From contig NC_007205.1 in the NCBI RefSeq assembly GCF_000012345.1, positions 1,140,001 to 1,172,000 on the forward strand: 32,000 nucleotides of DNA. Direction: 5' to 3'. A program made the translations under genes and the position numbers. The notes beneath the pieces are model-generated. The model was not told the origin of the DNA, ran no database searches, and saw only the letters and a program-made list of their open reading frames with translations. The stretch is from Candidatus Pelagibacter ubique HTCC1062. GTDB lineage: Bacteria > Pseudomonadota > Alphaproteobacteria > Pelagibacterales > Pelagibacteraceae. Below, piece after piece: positions 9,110 through 18,665 of this stretch (the stretch's first letter is position 1; every line of letters starts with the position of its first letter).

Positions 9110-9645
9110 TATGTGATTTTGGACAAGCTGCTAAAAGCTTTGAATTAAAGTCCACTAATAACGAAATTATTAAATTAAATGATGTTAAAGGGACAAATGG
9201 AACTTTGGTTATGTTTATTTGTAACCACTGCCCTTATGTAAAAGCAATTATTAAAGACATTGTTGAAGATTGCAAAAATTTAGAAAAACATGGAGTAAAA
9301 GCTGTGGCTATTTCAGCAAACGATCCGATAAATTATCCTGAAGATAGTTTTGAAAATATGATCGAATTTGCAAGAAAACATCAATTTAATTTTCCATATT
9401 TATTTGATGAAACTCAAAATGTTGCAAAAAGTTATGATGCAGTATGCACTCCTGATTTTTTTGGATACAATAATAATTTAGAATTACAATACAGAGGTCG
9501 TATAAGAGAATTGGATAATTTAAAACCAGTAAGAGCTGGTGATAGTGATTTATTTACTGCAATGAAACAAATTGCAGAGACGGGCAAAGGTCCTGAAACG
9601 CAAATTCCAAGTGTTGGCTGTAGTATCAAATGGTTAGATAATTAA
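9091..9645 (+). CDS. Thioredoxin-fold AhpC/TSA-family thiol-disulfide oxidoreductase
   Basis: 184 aa. VMFICNHCPYV has a CxxC active-site context. The overall length and pattern fit redoxin-like proteins. Confidence 0.75.
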   Translation: MPLKTPICDFGQAAKSFELKSTNNEIIKLNDVKGTNGTLVMFICNHCPYVKAIIKDIVEDCKNLEKHGVKAVAISANDPINYPEDSFENMIEFARKHQFNFPYLFDETQNVAKSYDAVCTPDFFGYNNNLELQYRGRIRELDNLKPVRAGDSDLFTAMKQIAETGKGPETQIPSVGCSIKWLDN

Positions 9646-10727
9646 TGTACTTAATAGTTACAAAAACGTTCCCTCCAGAAGTTGGAGGTATGCAGAATTT
9701 AATGTGGGGTTTAGCAAACGAACTTTCAAAACATTACATGATAAAAGTATTCGCTGATTATCATGAAAATCATAAATTATTTGATGAGCAAGTTTCTTTT
9801 TCAATAGAGCGTGTTGGTGGCATAAAACTTCTTAGAAAATATAGAAAAGCTCAATTGATTAATGAATTTATTAAAGAAAATAAAATTGATGGTATAATTG
9901 CTGATCATTGGAAAAGTTTAGAACATCTTAAAACTAATAAAAAAAAGATATGCTTGATCCATGGTAAAGAAATTAATCATGAAAAAGGTACCTCTCTTAA
10001 TAAAAGAGTATTGGAGGTTTTAGATAGTGTTGAAACCATCGTTGCTAATTCTGAGTACACTAAAAATTTAGCTATTTCATTGGGAGTTCAGCAAGATAAA
10101 ATTGTAGTTATAAATCCAGGTGTTGATCCTGTTGAAGAATTAGATAAAAAAACTTTAGATAAAGTAGAGAATTTATTAAAACATAAGTCTCCAAAATTAA
10201 TTACTGTTTCTAGATTTGATAAAAGAAAAAACCATGAAAAAGTAATCATGGCGCTTCGAAATTTAAAACAAATCTACCCTAGTATTATTTACATTTGTGT
10301 GGGTTACGGCGATGAAGAGGAAAATATTAAAAAATTAGTAGCAGAATTGGGCCTTCAGCCACAAGTGATGTTTTTTAAAGATATTTCTAACGAATTAAAA
10401 AATGCACTAGTTGCTAAATCTAATATTTTTGTCATGCCATCTATTGTTCATAAAAAATCTGTTGAAGGATTTGGGATAGCTTATGTTGAAGCTGCTCAAT
10501 ATGGATTGCCCTCTCTTGGTGGAAAAGATGGAGGTGCAGCAGATGCAATCGAGCATGAAAAAACAGGTTTAATCTGTAATGGCAATGAATTAGATGAAGT
10601 GTATTCATCAATTAATTTAATGTTAGAAAATAATAAATTCCAAGAGTATGGAAAAGCTGCCAAAGAAAATTCTGCTAAATTTAAGTGGAGTACGATTATT
10701 GAAGAATATAAAAAAATTCTAAACTAA
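9645..10727 (+). CDS. Glycosyltransferase family 4 (GT-B fold)
   Basis: 360 aa. The C-terminal block FVMPSIVHKKSVEGFGIAYVEAAQYGLPSLGGKDGGAADAIEHEKTGLIC contains the E-x7-E type GT1/GT4 signature. The start codon shares one base with the preceding stop. Confidence 0.85.
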   Translation: MYLIVTKTFPPEVGGMQNLMWGLANELSKHYMIKVFADYHENHKLFDEQVSFSIERVGGIKLLRKYRKAQLINEFIKENKIDGIIADHWKSLEHLKTNKKKICLIHGKEINHEKGTSLNKRVLEVLDSVETIVANSEYTKNLAISLGVQQDKIVVINPGVDPVEELDKKTLDKVENLLKHKSPKLITVSRFDKRKNHEKVIMALRNLKQIYPSIIYICVGYGDEEENIKKLVAELGLQPQVMFFKDISNELKNALVAKSNIFVMPSIVHKKSVEGFGIAYVEAAQYGLPSLGGKDGGAADAIEHEKTGLICNGNELDEVYSSINLMLENNKFQEYGKAAKENSAKFKWSTIIEEYKKILN

Positions 10728-12226
10728 ATTTTTTTATTTTTAATTGTTTTATAAATTTGCCAACTAACAATTAGAATTGTAACTCCTATAATTGATGCGG
10801 TAAGAGGTCTGTCCCATAAAAAAGTCCAAGAACCATCGCTTATTAATAAAGATCTTCTTAAATTTTCTTCCATTAATCCACCGAGGACAAAGGCTAATAT
10901 AAGTGGTGGCATTGGAAAATCATATAAGCGCATAAACGTTGCAACAACTGCAATTCCAATCATTAAATAAATGTCAAAATTATTAAATGACATTACGTAA
11001 ATTCCTGTAATTGAAAAAAATAAAATAAGTGGAATTAAATAATTTTTAGGTACAGCAAGTATTCTTGCTATGTAAGGTATTAAGGGCAAGTTTAGAATAA
11101 GTAATACTACCATTCCAATATACATCGACATAATAACTGACCAAAAGATTTCAGGATTAGTTATATAAAGTCTAGGGCCTGGTTGAATTCCAAATCCTAA
11201 TAAAGCACCAAGCATTACAGCGGTTGTTCCACTTCCAGGTATTCCTAAAGTTAATAAAGGCACAAAAGCTCCAGAACATGCTGCATTGTTTGCAGTTTCT
11301 GGTGCAGTTAAGCCATGAACACTACCTTTACCAAATTTTTCTTTCTCTTCATCACTAACAAAATTTCTTTCCATTCCATAGGCTAGAAATGAAGCAATAG
11401 TTGCACCCGCACCTGGTAAAACTCCAATTAAAAAACCAATAACTGAGTTTCGAGGAATAGCTTTTAACATTTTGGTTCTTTCTTCCTTGTTAATTTTAAT
11501 CGAACCAAGTTCTGTTAATGAAACTTGTTTGGCAACTGCAGATGGATCATTTCGTTTTAAAATAATTGTTAAAGCTTCACTCATAGCAAAAGTTGCCATT
11601 ACAACTAAAACAAAACTTATCCCATCGGATAAATTCATATTGTTAAAAGTAAATCTTGAAATATCAGATAAAGAATCTTGACCAACTGATGCTAACATTA
11701 AACCTAAAACAACCATCATCATTGCTTTTAAAAATTGCCCCTTTGATGAAAAAGCTGCAATGGCTGTTAAACCTAAGATCATTAAAGCAAAATAATCTGG
11801 TGATCTAAAAGATAAACTTACTTTAGATAAGCTTGGTGCAAGAAATAATAAATATATTGAAGCAAGGGTTCCACCTGCAAAAGAGCTCCAAGCAGCAATC
11901 GCTAACGCTTTTCCAGCTTTACCTTGTTGAGCCATAGGATATCCATCAAATGATGTTGCAACAGTTCCAGGAACGCCTGGAGCATTTAATAAAATTGATG
12001 AAGTTGATCCACCAAACACTGCACCATAATAAACACCTGCCATTAAAATTAATCCGGTAGCTGGATCAAAACCATAAGTAATAGGTATCATTAATGCAAT
12101 TGCCGTCATTGGTCCAAGACCTGGGAGCATTCCAATGATGGTTCCAAAAAAACAACCAATCATAACCATAAATATGTTTTGAAATGTAAGAGCTGTTTTT
12201 AAACCAATTAAAATGCCTTCAATCAT
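10724..12226 (-). CDS. tctA: Tripartite tricarboxylate transporter, large permease TctA
   Basis: 500 aa polytopic membrane protein. It has the TctA-like N-terminus (GLLPGLGPMTAIALMIPITYG, GVYYGAVFGGSTSSILLNAPG) and is followed by tctB and tctC in the canonical order. Confidence 0.9.
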   Translation of the reverse strand: MIEGILIGLKTALTFQNIFMVMIGCFFGTIIGMLPGLGPMTAIALMIPITYGFDPATGLILMAGVYYGAVFGGSTSSILLNAPGVPGTVATSFDGYPMAQQGKAGKALAIAAWSSFAGGTLASIYLLFLAPSLSKVSLSFRSPDYFALMILGLTAIAAFSSKGQFLKAMMMVVLGLMLASVGQDSLSDISRFTFNNMNLSDGISFVLVVMATFAMSEALTIILKRNDPSAVAKQVSLTELGSIKINKEERTKMLKAIPRNSVIGFLIGVLPGAGATIASFLAYGMERNFVSDEEKEKFGKGSVHGLTAPETANNAACSGAFVPLLTLGIPGSGTTAVMLGALLGFGIQPGPRLYITNPEIFWSVIMSMYIGMVVLLILNLPLIPYIARILAVPKNYLIPLILFFSITGIYVMSFNNFDIYLMIGIAVVATFMRLYDFPMPPLILAFVLGGLMEENLRRSLLISDGSWTFLWDRPLTASIIGVTILIVSWQIYKTIKNKKI

Positions 12227-12693
12227 CCCATAACTCCAATTAGTTTTAAAAATGGATCTCTTAAATAAATTTCAAGCACTCCATGCAAAAGATACATAAA
12301 AGCACCCACAAAAGGGAAAGAGAGTAAAAATATTAACTTCCACCTCCTCTCACCTAACGCATAATAAGAAGATGCTAGAAATAGAGAAGTCGTTAAAAAA
12401 TAACCTACTTTTAATATAGTTACTCCATAAATAATTGCTATGAGCACAAGTATAGCTGTTTTTTTATACTCTAAGTTTTTATGATTAACTTTAATGGTAT
12501 TGGGCTCTGGTAAAATAATCTTTAAGCCAGAAAAAAATAAACCTGCATAACCTAAATAAATTGGAAATGTTCTGGCATTAAAAGGTGCATTTTCATCAAA
12601 AGAAAAAACCTGAATTTGATACGCAATATATAAATAGAATGCTGAGAAAATAAAAAAGAGCAGTGATATAATTTTAGTAGTATTTATATTCAC
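12223..12693 (-). CDS. tctB: Tripartite tricarboxylate transporter, small membrane subunit TctB
   Basis: 156 aa, 4 TM protein between tctC and tctA, with a 4-nt overlap to tctA. Confidence 0.75.
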   Translation of the reverse strand: MNINTTKIISLLFFIFSAFYLYIAYQIQVFSFDENAPFNARTFPIYLGYAGLFFSGLKIILPEPNTIKVNHKNLEYKKTAILVLIAIIYGVTILKVGYFLTTSLFLASSYYALGERRWKLIFLLSFPFVGAFMYLLHGVLEIYLRDPFLKLIGVMG

Positions 12694-12722
12694 TGCTCTA
12701 ATTTTTAAATAATCCTAAAGGA

Positions 12723-13703
12723 TTATATAACTCCTAATTTCTTCATAAGAGCTGTCATTTCTACAGTTTGTGCATCTAAGAATTTAACAAAATCCTTATC
12801 TGAGTTATAAATATTAACCCAAGCATTTCTTTTTCTAACAGCTTCCCATTCAGGAGTTTCCATCACTTTACCTAACATTGTAGATAAAGCTTTTTTATCT
12901 TTATTGCTCATATTTGGAGGTCCAAAAAATCCTCTCCAGTTTACGAACTGAACATCATATCCTTGTTCTTTTAGAGTTGGTGCATCCGGTGCATCAGCTA
13001 TTCTTGAAGGAGCAGTAATACCAATAATTCTTACTTGGTCTCTTGCACCCATAAGTTCACCTAAACCTGTAGAGATAATTTGAGTTTCTCCAGATAAAAG
13101 TCCAGCTAACGCTTTTCCACCAGCATCATAAGGAATATAAGCAACATCATTTGGATTAGCACCAGCAGCTTGGAAAGCTAAAGCGCCAATTAAATGGTCC
13201 ATACTTCCTCTTACTGATCCACCAGCCATTTTAATAGAGCTTGGATTCTTTTTATATGCATCAACTACATCTTTAAAGTTTTTATAAGGTGAGTTTTTTG
13301 CAACTGCAATCGCACCATAGTCACCAATTACACCAGCGATCGGTGTAACATCTTTATAAGATAAAACTCCAGATCCTGTAACATAACCTTCGTGTCTAGT
13401 AATAGATCTTAAAACTAGCGGCGTAGATTGTACTAAAATTGTATTTTTAGGTTGAGTGTTAATCATGAAAGCTAAAGCTTTTCCTCCACCACCACCTGAC
13501 ATATTTTCAAATGATGCACTTTTTAACATTCCTGATTTTGTTAAAGCTTCTCCAGTACCTCTAGCAGTTCCATCCCATCCACCACCAGCACCACCACCAA
13601 TTACGAAATGGATTTTTTCCATTGCGATTGAATTTGTTGCTGTTGCAGAAAATAATAGAATTGCTGAGAATAATACTGAAACTAATTTTTTAATGTTTTT
13701 CAT
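12723..13703 (-). CDS. tctC: Tripartite tricarboxylate transporter substrate-binding protein TctC (Bug family)
   Basis: 326 aa with a signal peptide (KKLVSVLFSAILLFSATATNSIA). Bug/TctC-like blocks are present (GGGWDGTARG, MSGGGGGKALAFM, VNWRGFFGPP). Confidence 0.85.
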   Translation of the reverse strand: MKNIKKLVSVLFSAILLFSATATNSIAMEKIHFVIGGGAGGGWDGTARGTGEALTKSGMLKSASFENMSGGGGGKALAFMINTQPKNTILVQSTPLVLRSITRHEGYVTGSGVLSYKDVTPIAGVIGDYGAIAVAKNSPYKNFKDVVDAYKKNPSSIKMAGGSVRGSMDHLIGALAFQAAGANPNDVAYIPYDAGGKALAGLLSGETQIISTGLGELMGARDQVRIIGITAPSRIADAPDAPTLKEQGYDVQFVNWRGFFGPPNMSNKDKKALSTMLGKVMETPEWEAVRKRNAWVNIYNSDKDFVKFLDAQTVEMTALMKKLGVI

Positions 13704-13903
13704 TATATTCCTCTATTGTTAGTTTTTAATATTTGCAGTTAATTATACTATGGTCTTGAAAGCAAGTTTTTGAATAGAATGCAACTTAACGTTGATTTTC
13801 TTTCCTTAGGAAATAAGTAAGTGTTATCTCAAATATTTTATTAATAAAAAAATAGATATCTTTAATTACGGAAGTTTCTTTTCTGTTATCTTTTTTAAAG
13901 TAA

Positions 13904-15001
13904 ATGATAAAAGAATATTTGTTAATGAAAAATTCTTCTATTCAATTTAATTCCTTTAACATTAAAGAATTATTTTCTAAAAAATTTCTATTAGTTATTT
14001 TAATTTCTATCCCGAGCGCAATTGTAGCTGACTATTTTAATATCCCATTAGCGTGGATGCTTGGTCCTATGCTTGCAGTTTCAGTTGCAGCCTTAAGTGG
14101 ATTAAAAATTAAAATGCCAAAACTAGCTTTAAGTTCAATTTTAATAGTTCTTGGTCTTCATATTGGAAATTATATAGATCAAAATTTAATCAATCAGATG
14201 ACTGAATGGGTGTGGACTTCAATAATAATGTTTGTCTATATTTTAATAAGTATTTTAATTGTTTCAAAATATTTACAAAAATTTTCAGGTTATAATGTCA
14301 AAACATCTATTTTTTCAGCAGCACCAGGCGCTTTAGGACCTTTGATGATATTAGCAGAGCATGAAAAATCTGACTTATCGCAAGTTGCTACATCACATTT
14401 AATTAGATTAATTATAATAATAACTGTCATTCCCTTTTTTGTTGTTAATTACTCAACAAATGAAGCCCTAACAATTGAAAAATTTAATTATCTTGATCAA
14501 AACCATTTTCATCTTTTAATTCTCTTAATAGGTTCGATTTTATTAATTTTCTTATTTGATAAAATTGGTGTGCCTGCTGCATTATTATCTGGGACATTAG
14601 TTGCAAGTGGAATTTTACAAATAACGGAAGTTGCCTCCTACAAACTGCCGGATGAAAGTATAAATTTTTGTTTGCTTATTTTAGGTGCCTCTGTGGGTTG
14701 TCGTTTTGCAGATAAATCATTAAAAGAAGTTGCGGGTAATTCATTTCATAGTTTAGTTGCAACTGTAATACTTGTAGCTCTTGGATTATTAGCTGCAATT
14801 GTTGCAACATATTTTGTTGATACCAATTTCTTAACTCTACTTTTATCTTTTTCTCCTGGGGGAATTTATGAAGTAGCAGTTATAGCAATTGCTTTTGATT
14901 TAGACCCTAACTTTGTAGCATTTCATCATATTATTAGATTACTGATGATACTCTTCACTGTTCCTGTAATATTGAAAATTATTGGTAAGAAATTAAATTA
15001 A
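13904..15001 (+). CDS. AbrB-family (putative ammonia-monooxygenase-like) duplicated membrane protein
   Basis: 365 aa, about 10 TM. Internally duplicated blocks (NIPLAWMLGPMLAV and IGVPAALLSGTLVAS) are typical of the membrane AbrB duplication family. The real start may be the second Met (MKNSS). Confidence 0.65.
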   Translation: MIKEYLLMKNSSIQFNSFNIKELFSKKFLLVILISIPSAIVADYFNIPLAWMLGPMLAVSVAALSGLKIKMPKLALSSILIVLGLHIGNYIDQNLINQMTEWVWTSIIMFVYILISILIVSKYLQKFSGYNVKTSIFSAAPGALGPLMILAEHEKSDLSQVATSHLIRLIIIITVIPFFVVNYSTNEALTIEKFNYLDQNHFHLLILLIGSILLIFLFDKIGVPAALLSGTLVASGILQITEVASYKLPDESINFCLLILGASVGCRFADKSLKEVAGNSFHSLVATVILVALGLLAAIVATYFVDTNFLTLLLSFSPGGIYEVAVIAIAFDLDPNFVAFHHIIRLLMILFTVPVILKIIGKKLN

Positions 15002-15925
15002 TATTTTTTCTAAAACTTTAGCTGCACTTAATTTTTCTAAATCATCAACTTGTATTGCTTTAAAGTTTTCTCGCTCAATACTAACTTTAAAAGCTGTTGT
15101 ATGTTTACCAAATAAAGTCAAACCTTTTACTCCAAGATGAGCAGTCATATGAGCTGGTCCTGTATCATTTGCAATAACAAATAAGCTTTCTTTAATCAAG
15201 CTTGCAAGTTGAGAAATATCTAAAGCTTTACCTTTATCTAAAATTGAAATGGCATTAATGTTTTTTGCATCATCGATTTCAGAGGGTCCAGGTGCTACAA
15301 TAACTTTAATTTGATCTTTATATTTATTTTTAATTAATTCTATTAGCTCATTATAATGGGGCCACTTTTTATGTGTTAGATGCGCTGAACAAAATGGAAA
15401 TAAGACAATGTATTTGTCTAACTTAAATTCTTGTTTAATATGATCAATGTTAGTCACAGCCCAACTAAAGTTTGGTTTCATGGTGTACTCTGTTTTAATT
15501 CCAGAGGTTTTAAGTTGATGATCAAATCTATTTAAAACTGGGTCTTTATCAAATTCATCTTTTGAAATATTACTTGGTAAAGTTGTTTCTGAGCTAGACC
15601 AAGTATTAAAATTTGCTTTTGGAAATAAAATATTTTTATAAAATTTTGTTCTAGATGAGTTTTGTAAATCATAAACTTTTCTAAAATTCTTCTTTTTCAA
15701 GTTTCTCATTAACATATATAGATAAATTAAATTAAATCTTGATTTACGTTTGTCTAAAATAACATTGTGTACAAATGGGTTTTTCCTAAATAATTCAAAA
15801 TAAGGTTTTGTTGTTAAGATATGTATTTGATCTTCAGGGTGGTTTTCAGAAATATCTTGAATTGCCCCACAAGCTTGGGCTATATCTCCTAAAGAACCAT
15901 GTTTGATAACTAAAATATTAGACAT
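14993..15925 (-). CDS. Glycosyltransferase family 9 (LPS heptosyltransferase-like)
   Basis: 310 aa. The N-terminus ILVIKHGSLGDIAQACGAIQDI and the C-terminal IANDTGPAHMTAHLG are classic GT9 motifs. Confidence 0.85.
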   Translation of the reverse strand: MSNILVIKHGSLGDIAQACGAIQDISENHPEDQIHILTTKPYFELFRKNPFVHNVILDKRKSRFNLIYLYMLMRNLKKKNFRKVYDLQNSSRTKFYKNILFPKANFNTWSSSETTLPSNISKDEFDKDPVLNRFDHQLKTSGIKTEYTMKPNFSWAVTNIDHIKQEFKLDKYIVLFPFCSAHLTHKKWPHYNELIELIKNKYKDQIKVIVAPGPSEIDDAKNINAISILDKGKALDISQLASLIKESLFVIANDTGPAHMTAHLGVKGLTLFGKHTTAFKVSIERENFKAIQVDDLEKLSAAKVLEKILI

Positions 15926-15957
15926 ATTTCTAACAACTTAACATAGTATAAATTTTT

Positions 15958-16347
15958 ATGAATAAAATTCTAGTTGAAGTATCAGTTGGTGAACTTTTAG
16001 ATAAAATTTCTATTTTAGAGATTAAACAAGAAAAAATTAAAGATCCTGAAAAATTAAAATTTATTAATGATGAGCACAGTATTTTAAAAAATCAATTAGA
16101 TAGCAATGTTAAATCTGATGAAAAACTTAATACACTTTTTCAATCCCTGAAAGATATTAATGCAAAATTATGGGTGATAGAAGATGACAAACGATTGTGT
16201 GAAAAAAATTCTGATTTTACTGAAAAATTTATAAAATTATCAAGGGATGTTCATTTTTTAAATGATGATCGTGCTAAAATAAAATTAGAGATGAATAATC
16301 ACACAGGCTCTAAGATTAAAGAGATTAAAGAATATACTTCTTATTGA
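15958..16347 (+). CDS. Conserved hypothetical helical protein (129 aa)
   Basis: ORF divergent from the GT9 gene. The N-terminus KILVEVSVGELLDKISILEIKQEKIKD resembles small proteins I recall seeing next to heptosyltransferases, but I cannot name the family with certainty. Confidence 0.5.
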   Translation: MNKILVEVSVGELLDKISILEIKQEKIKDPEKLKFINDEHSILKNQLDSNVKSDEKLNTLFQSLKDINAKLWVIEDDKRLCEKNSDFTEKFIKLSRDVHFLNDDRAKIKLEMNNHTGSKIKEIKEYTSY

Positions 16348-17015
16348 AAACTATATTTCTTTTCTAAATATTTTATCAAGTTGTGAAAAATAAAAGTCAT
16401 AAATAAATAAATTCCACCTGCTAAAAGAAACACTTCTAAAGGTTTATAAGTCGTTGATACAATATGTTTTGCAACTCCTGTAATATCCATTAAGGTTACC
16501 GTGCTTGCAAGAGATGTGCCCTTCATCATTAATATAATCTCATTACCATAAGCTGGTAAAGATTGTCTGATCGCTACAGGAATTTGAATTTTATATAAAA
16601 TAATTTTACTTGATATCCCTAAACTTTTACCCGCTTCAATTATTCCAGGTTTTATAGTTTGAAAAGCTGATCTTAAAATTTCTGAAGTATAGGCCCCAGT
16701 ATTTAAGGCAAATGCAATAATTGCGCACCAATAGGGTTCTTTTAAAATGACCCAAAGAAAAGTTGATCTTAACCACTCGATTTGTCCAAGACCATAATAA
16801 ATTATAAATATTTGAACTAGTAATGGAGTGCCTCTAAATAAATAAGAATACCCATAAGCAAACTTATTAATAAATGGGTTCTTATTTAATCTTAAAACTG
16901 CAAATAAAAATCCAATAAATAAACCAATGATTAAAGATGCTGATAATAGTTTTAAAGTAATAACTGCAGCACTTAGAAGTTTTGGCAAACTTGTTATCAT
17001 TAAATCAAAATCCAT
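16341..17015 (-). CDS. ABC transporter permease, polar amino acid/opine (HisM/OccM-like) family
   Basis: 224 aa, 5 TM. Has an EAA-loop-like segment (IEAGKSLGISSKIILYKIQIPVAIRQSLPAYGNE). Confidence 0.85.
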   Translation of the reverse strand: MDFDLMITSLPKLLSAAVITLKLLSASLIIGLFIGFLFAVLRLNKNPFINKFAYGYSYLFRGTPLLVQIFIIYYGLGQIEWLRSTFLWVILKEPYWCAIIAFALNTGAYTSEILRSAFQTIKPGIIEAGKSLGISSKIILYKIQIPVAIRQSLPAYGNEIILMMKGTSLASTVTLMDITGVAKHIVSTTYKPLEVFLLAGGIYLFMTFIFHNLIKYLEKKYSFQ

Positions 17016-17707
17016 TAAAAGCCCCTACTATATTTAACTTCAAGTCTGTTAATTAGCTTCATGCTTAAAAATGTTAGCATCAAATATAAAACCGCAGCAA
17101 AACAATAAAAGAATAAAGGATCTCTAGTAGAACCTGCTGCAATATAAGATTGTCTCATAATCTCAACTAAACCTGTAACTGATATTAAAGATGTGTCTTT
17201 TAAAGTGATTTGCCAAACATTGCTTAAGTTTGGAATAGCAAGCCTTAACATTTGAGGTAGAATTATTTTATAAAATTGTACAAATTTACTAACCCCTAAA
17301 ACTTTGGCAGCTTCAAATTGACCTTTATCTATTGATTGTATCGCTCCTCTAAATACTTCTGTTGAATAAGCGCCAGATATAATACCGATTGCAACTGAGC
17401 CCGTAATAAATGCATTAATCTCAATATATTCAAAGTATCCAAAAATTGAAGCAACGTACATTATGGCTCCACTACCCCCAAAAAAGAAAAGATAAATTAC
17501 TAATAATTCTGGAACGCCCCTGATTACTGTAGTGTACGTATTACCAATAAAATTTAGAAATTTATTATTTGATAATTTAAGTGGCGTAAAGATTAATGAA
17601 AATAAAAAACCAATTAACATTGCAGTAACTGCCACTGCAATTGTCATTAGAGTTGCATAAAACAACTCGTCTCCCCAGCCTGTTTTTCCGAATGATAAAA
17701 GATCCAT
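17015..17707 (-). CDS. ABC transporter permease, polar amino acid/opine (HisQ/OccQ-like) family
   Basis: 230 aa. EAA loop FEAAKVLGVSKFVQFYKIILPQMLRLAIPNLSN. 1-nt overlap with the downstream permease gene. Confidence 0.85.
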   Translation of the reverse strand: MDLLSFGKTGWGDELFYATLMTIAVAVTAMLIGFLFSLIFTPLKLSNNKFLNFIGNTYTTVIRGVPELLVIYLFFFGGSGAIMYVASIFGYFEYIEINAFITGSVAIGIISGAYSTEVFRGAIQSIDKGQFEAAKVLGVSKFVQFYKIILPQMLRLAIPNLSNVWQITLKDTSLISVTGLVEIMRQSYIAAGSTRDPLFFYCFAAVLYLMLTFLSMKLINRLEVKYSRGF

Positions 17708-17712
17708 ATCGA

Positions 17713-17740
17713 AAGGGCGACTAAATAAATAGTCGCCTTT
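17713..17740 (-). terminator. Intercistronic stem-loop between the binding-protein and permease genes (attenuator or mRNA-stabilising hairpin)
   Basis: GGCGACTA (17716..17723) pairs with TAGTCGCC (17730..17737), with a 6-nt loop. The stem is extendable by one G-T and two A-T pairs. On the minus strand it is followed only by TTT. This position, after the SBP gene, is typical of ABC importer operons. Confidence 0.45.
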
Positions 17741-17752
17741 TCAAAATATTAT

Positions 17753-18616
17753 TTACATAGAAGCGTCAAAGCCAAAATGCTTGATCGCTAATTTGCTGAT
17801 GATTCCTTGTTTTCTAGCAGTGTTAATTGCTTTGTTGAAATCTTTAAGAAGTTTTGCATCTCTTGTACCGATTGCATCATCTCCACCTTGTCTAATTCCA
17901 ACACCAACACCATTACCAAAAGCACCACCTGAAAAAGTAGGTCCAACTAATACTACTGGTTTTCCTGATTTATCCGCATAATCAGTGAATGCAACAGCTG
18001 CAGCTAATGCAACATCACATCTACCAGAAGTTAAGTCTAAGTTTACTTCATCTTGAGTTTTGTAAGTTCTAACATTTACTTTACCTACATCACCCGACTC
18101 TAAAAAGTTTTGGTGAATAGTTCCAGTTTGTGTACAAACAGTTTTTCCAGCAAGTGCAGCAGTTAAAGTCTTAAGAGTTTTCTTAACAGCACTTCCACCT
18201 AAAGTTAAATTAATACCTTCTGGTGTATCCATGCTCTCTAAACTTGAACCTTTCATTACTGCAAGGGCTGCAACTTCGTCTGCATAACCTTGTGAAAAAG
18301 TAATTGTTTTTTGTCTTTCAGCAGTAATTGACATTCCTGCCATGATCGCATCAAACTTTCTCATTAACAAAGCTGGAATCATTCCATCCCAATCTTGTTC
18401 AACGATAGTACACTCACGACCCATGATTTTGCATAGCTCTTCTGCTAACTCAACCTCAAAACCAATAAGAGCACCTGAAGCATCCTTAGAGTTCCATGGT
18501 GGGTAAGCACCTTCTGTTCCAATCTTTATTTTATCAGCGTAAACATTTCCGATTAATAATAAAGAAGCAAGAACACTTAATATTGTTTTTTTAAATATAT
18601 TCATTTTTTCCTCCAT
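17753..18616 (-). CDS. Periplasmic substrate-binding protein, family 3 (octopine/nopaline / Lys-Arg-Orn type)
   Basis: SBP_bac_3-like blocks IKIGTEGAYPPWNS, GFEVELAEELCKIMG, WDGMIPALLMRKFDAIMAGMSIT. The likely true start is the MNIFKK Met at 18604, which has GGAGGA 6 nt upstream and begins a signal peptide. Confidence 0.85.
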   Translation of the reverse strand: MEEKMNIFKKTILSVLASLLLIGNVYADKIKIGTEGAYPPWNSKDASGALIGFEVELAEELCKIMGRECTIVEQDWDGMIPALLMRKFDAIMAGMSITAERQKTITFSQGYADEVAALAVMKGSSLESMDTPEGINLTLGGSAVKKTLKTLTAALAGKTVCTQTGTIHQNFLESGDVGKVNVRTYKTQDEVNLDLTSGRCDVALAAAVAFTDYADKSGKPVVLVGPTFSGGAFGNGVGVGIRQGGDDAIGTRDAKLLKDFNKAINTARKQGIISKLAIKHFGFDASM

Positions 18617-18665
18617 ATGATTATGAGGATTTATTTCACAATTTTAATAATTTAAAAAGAAATTT

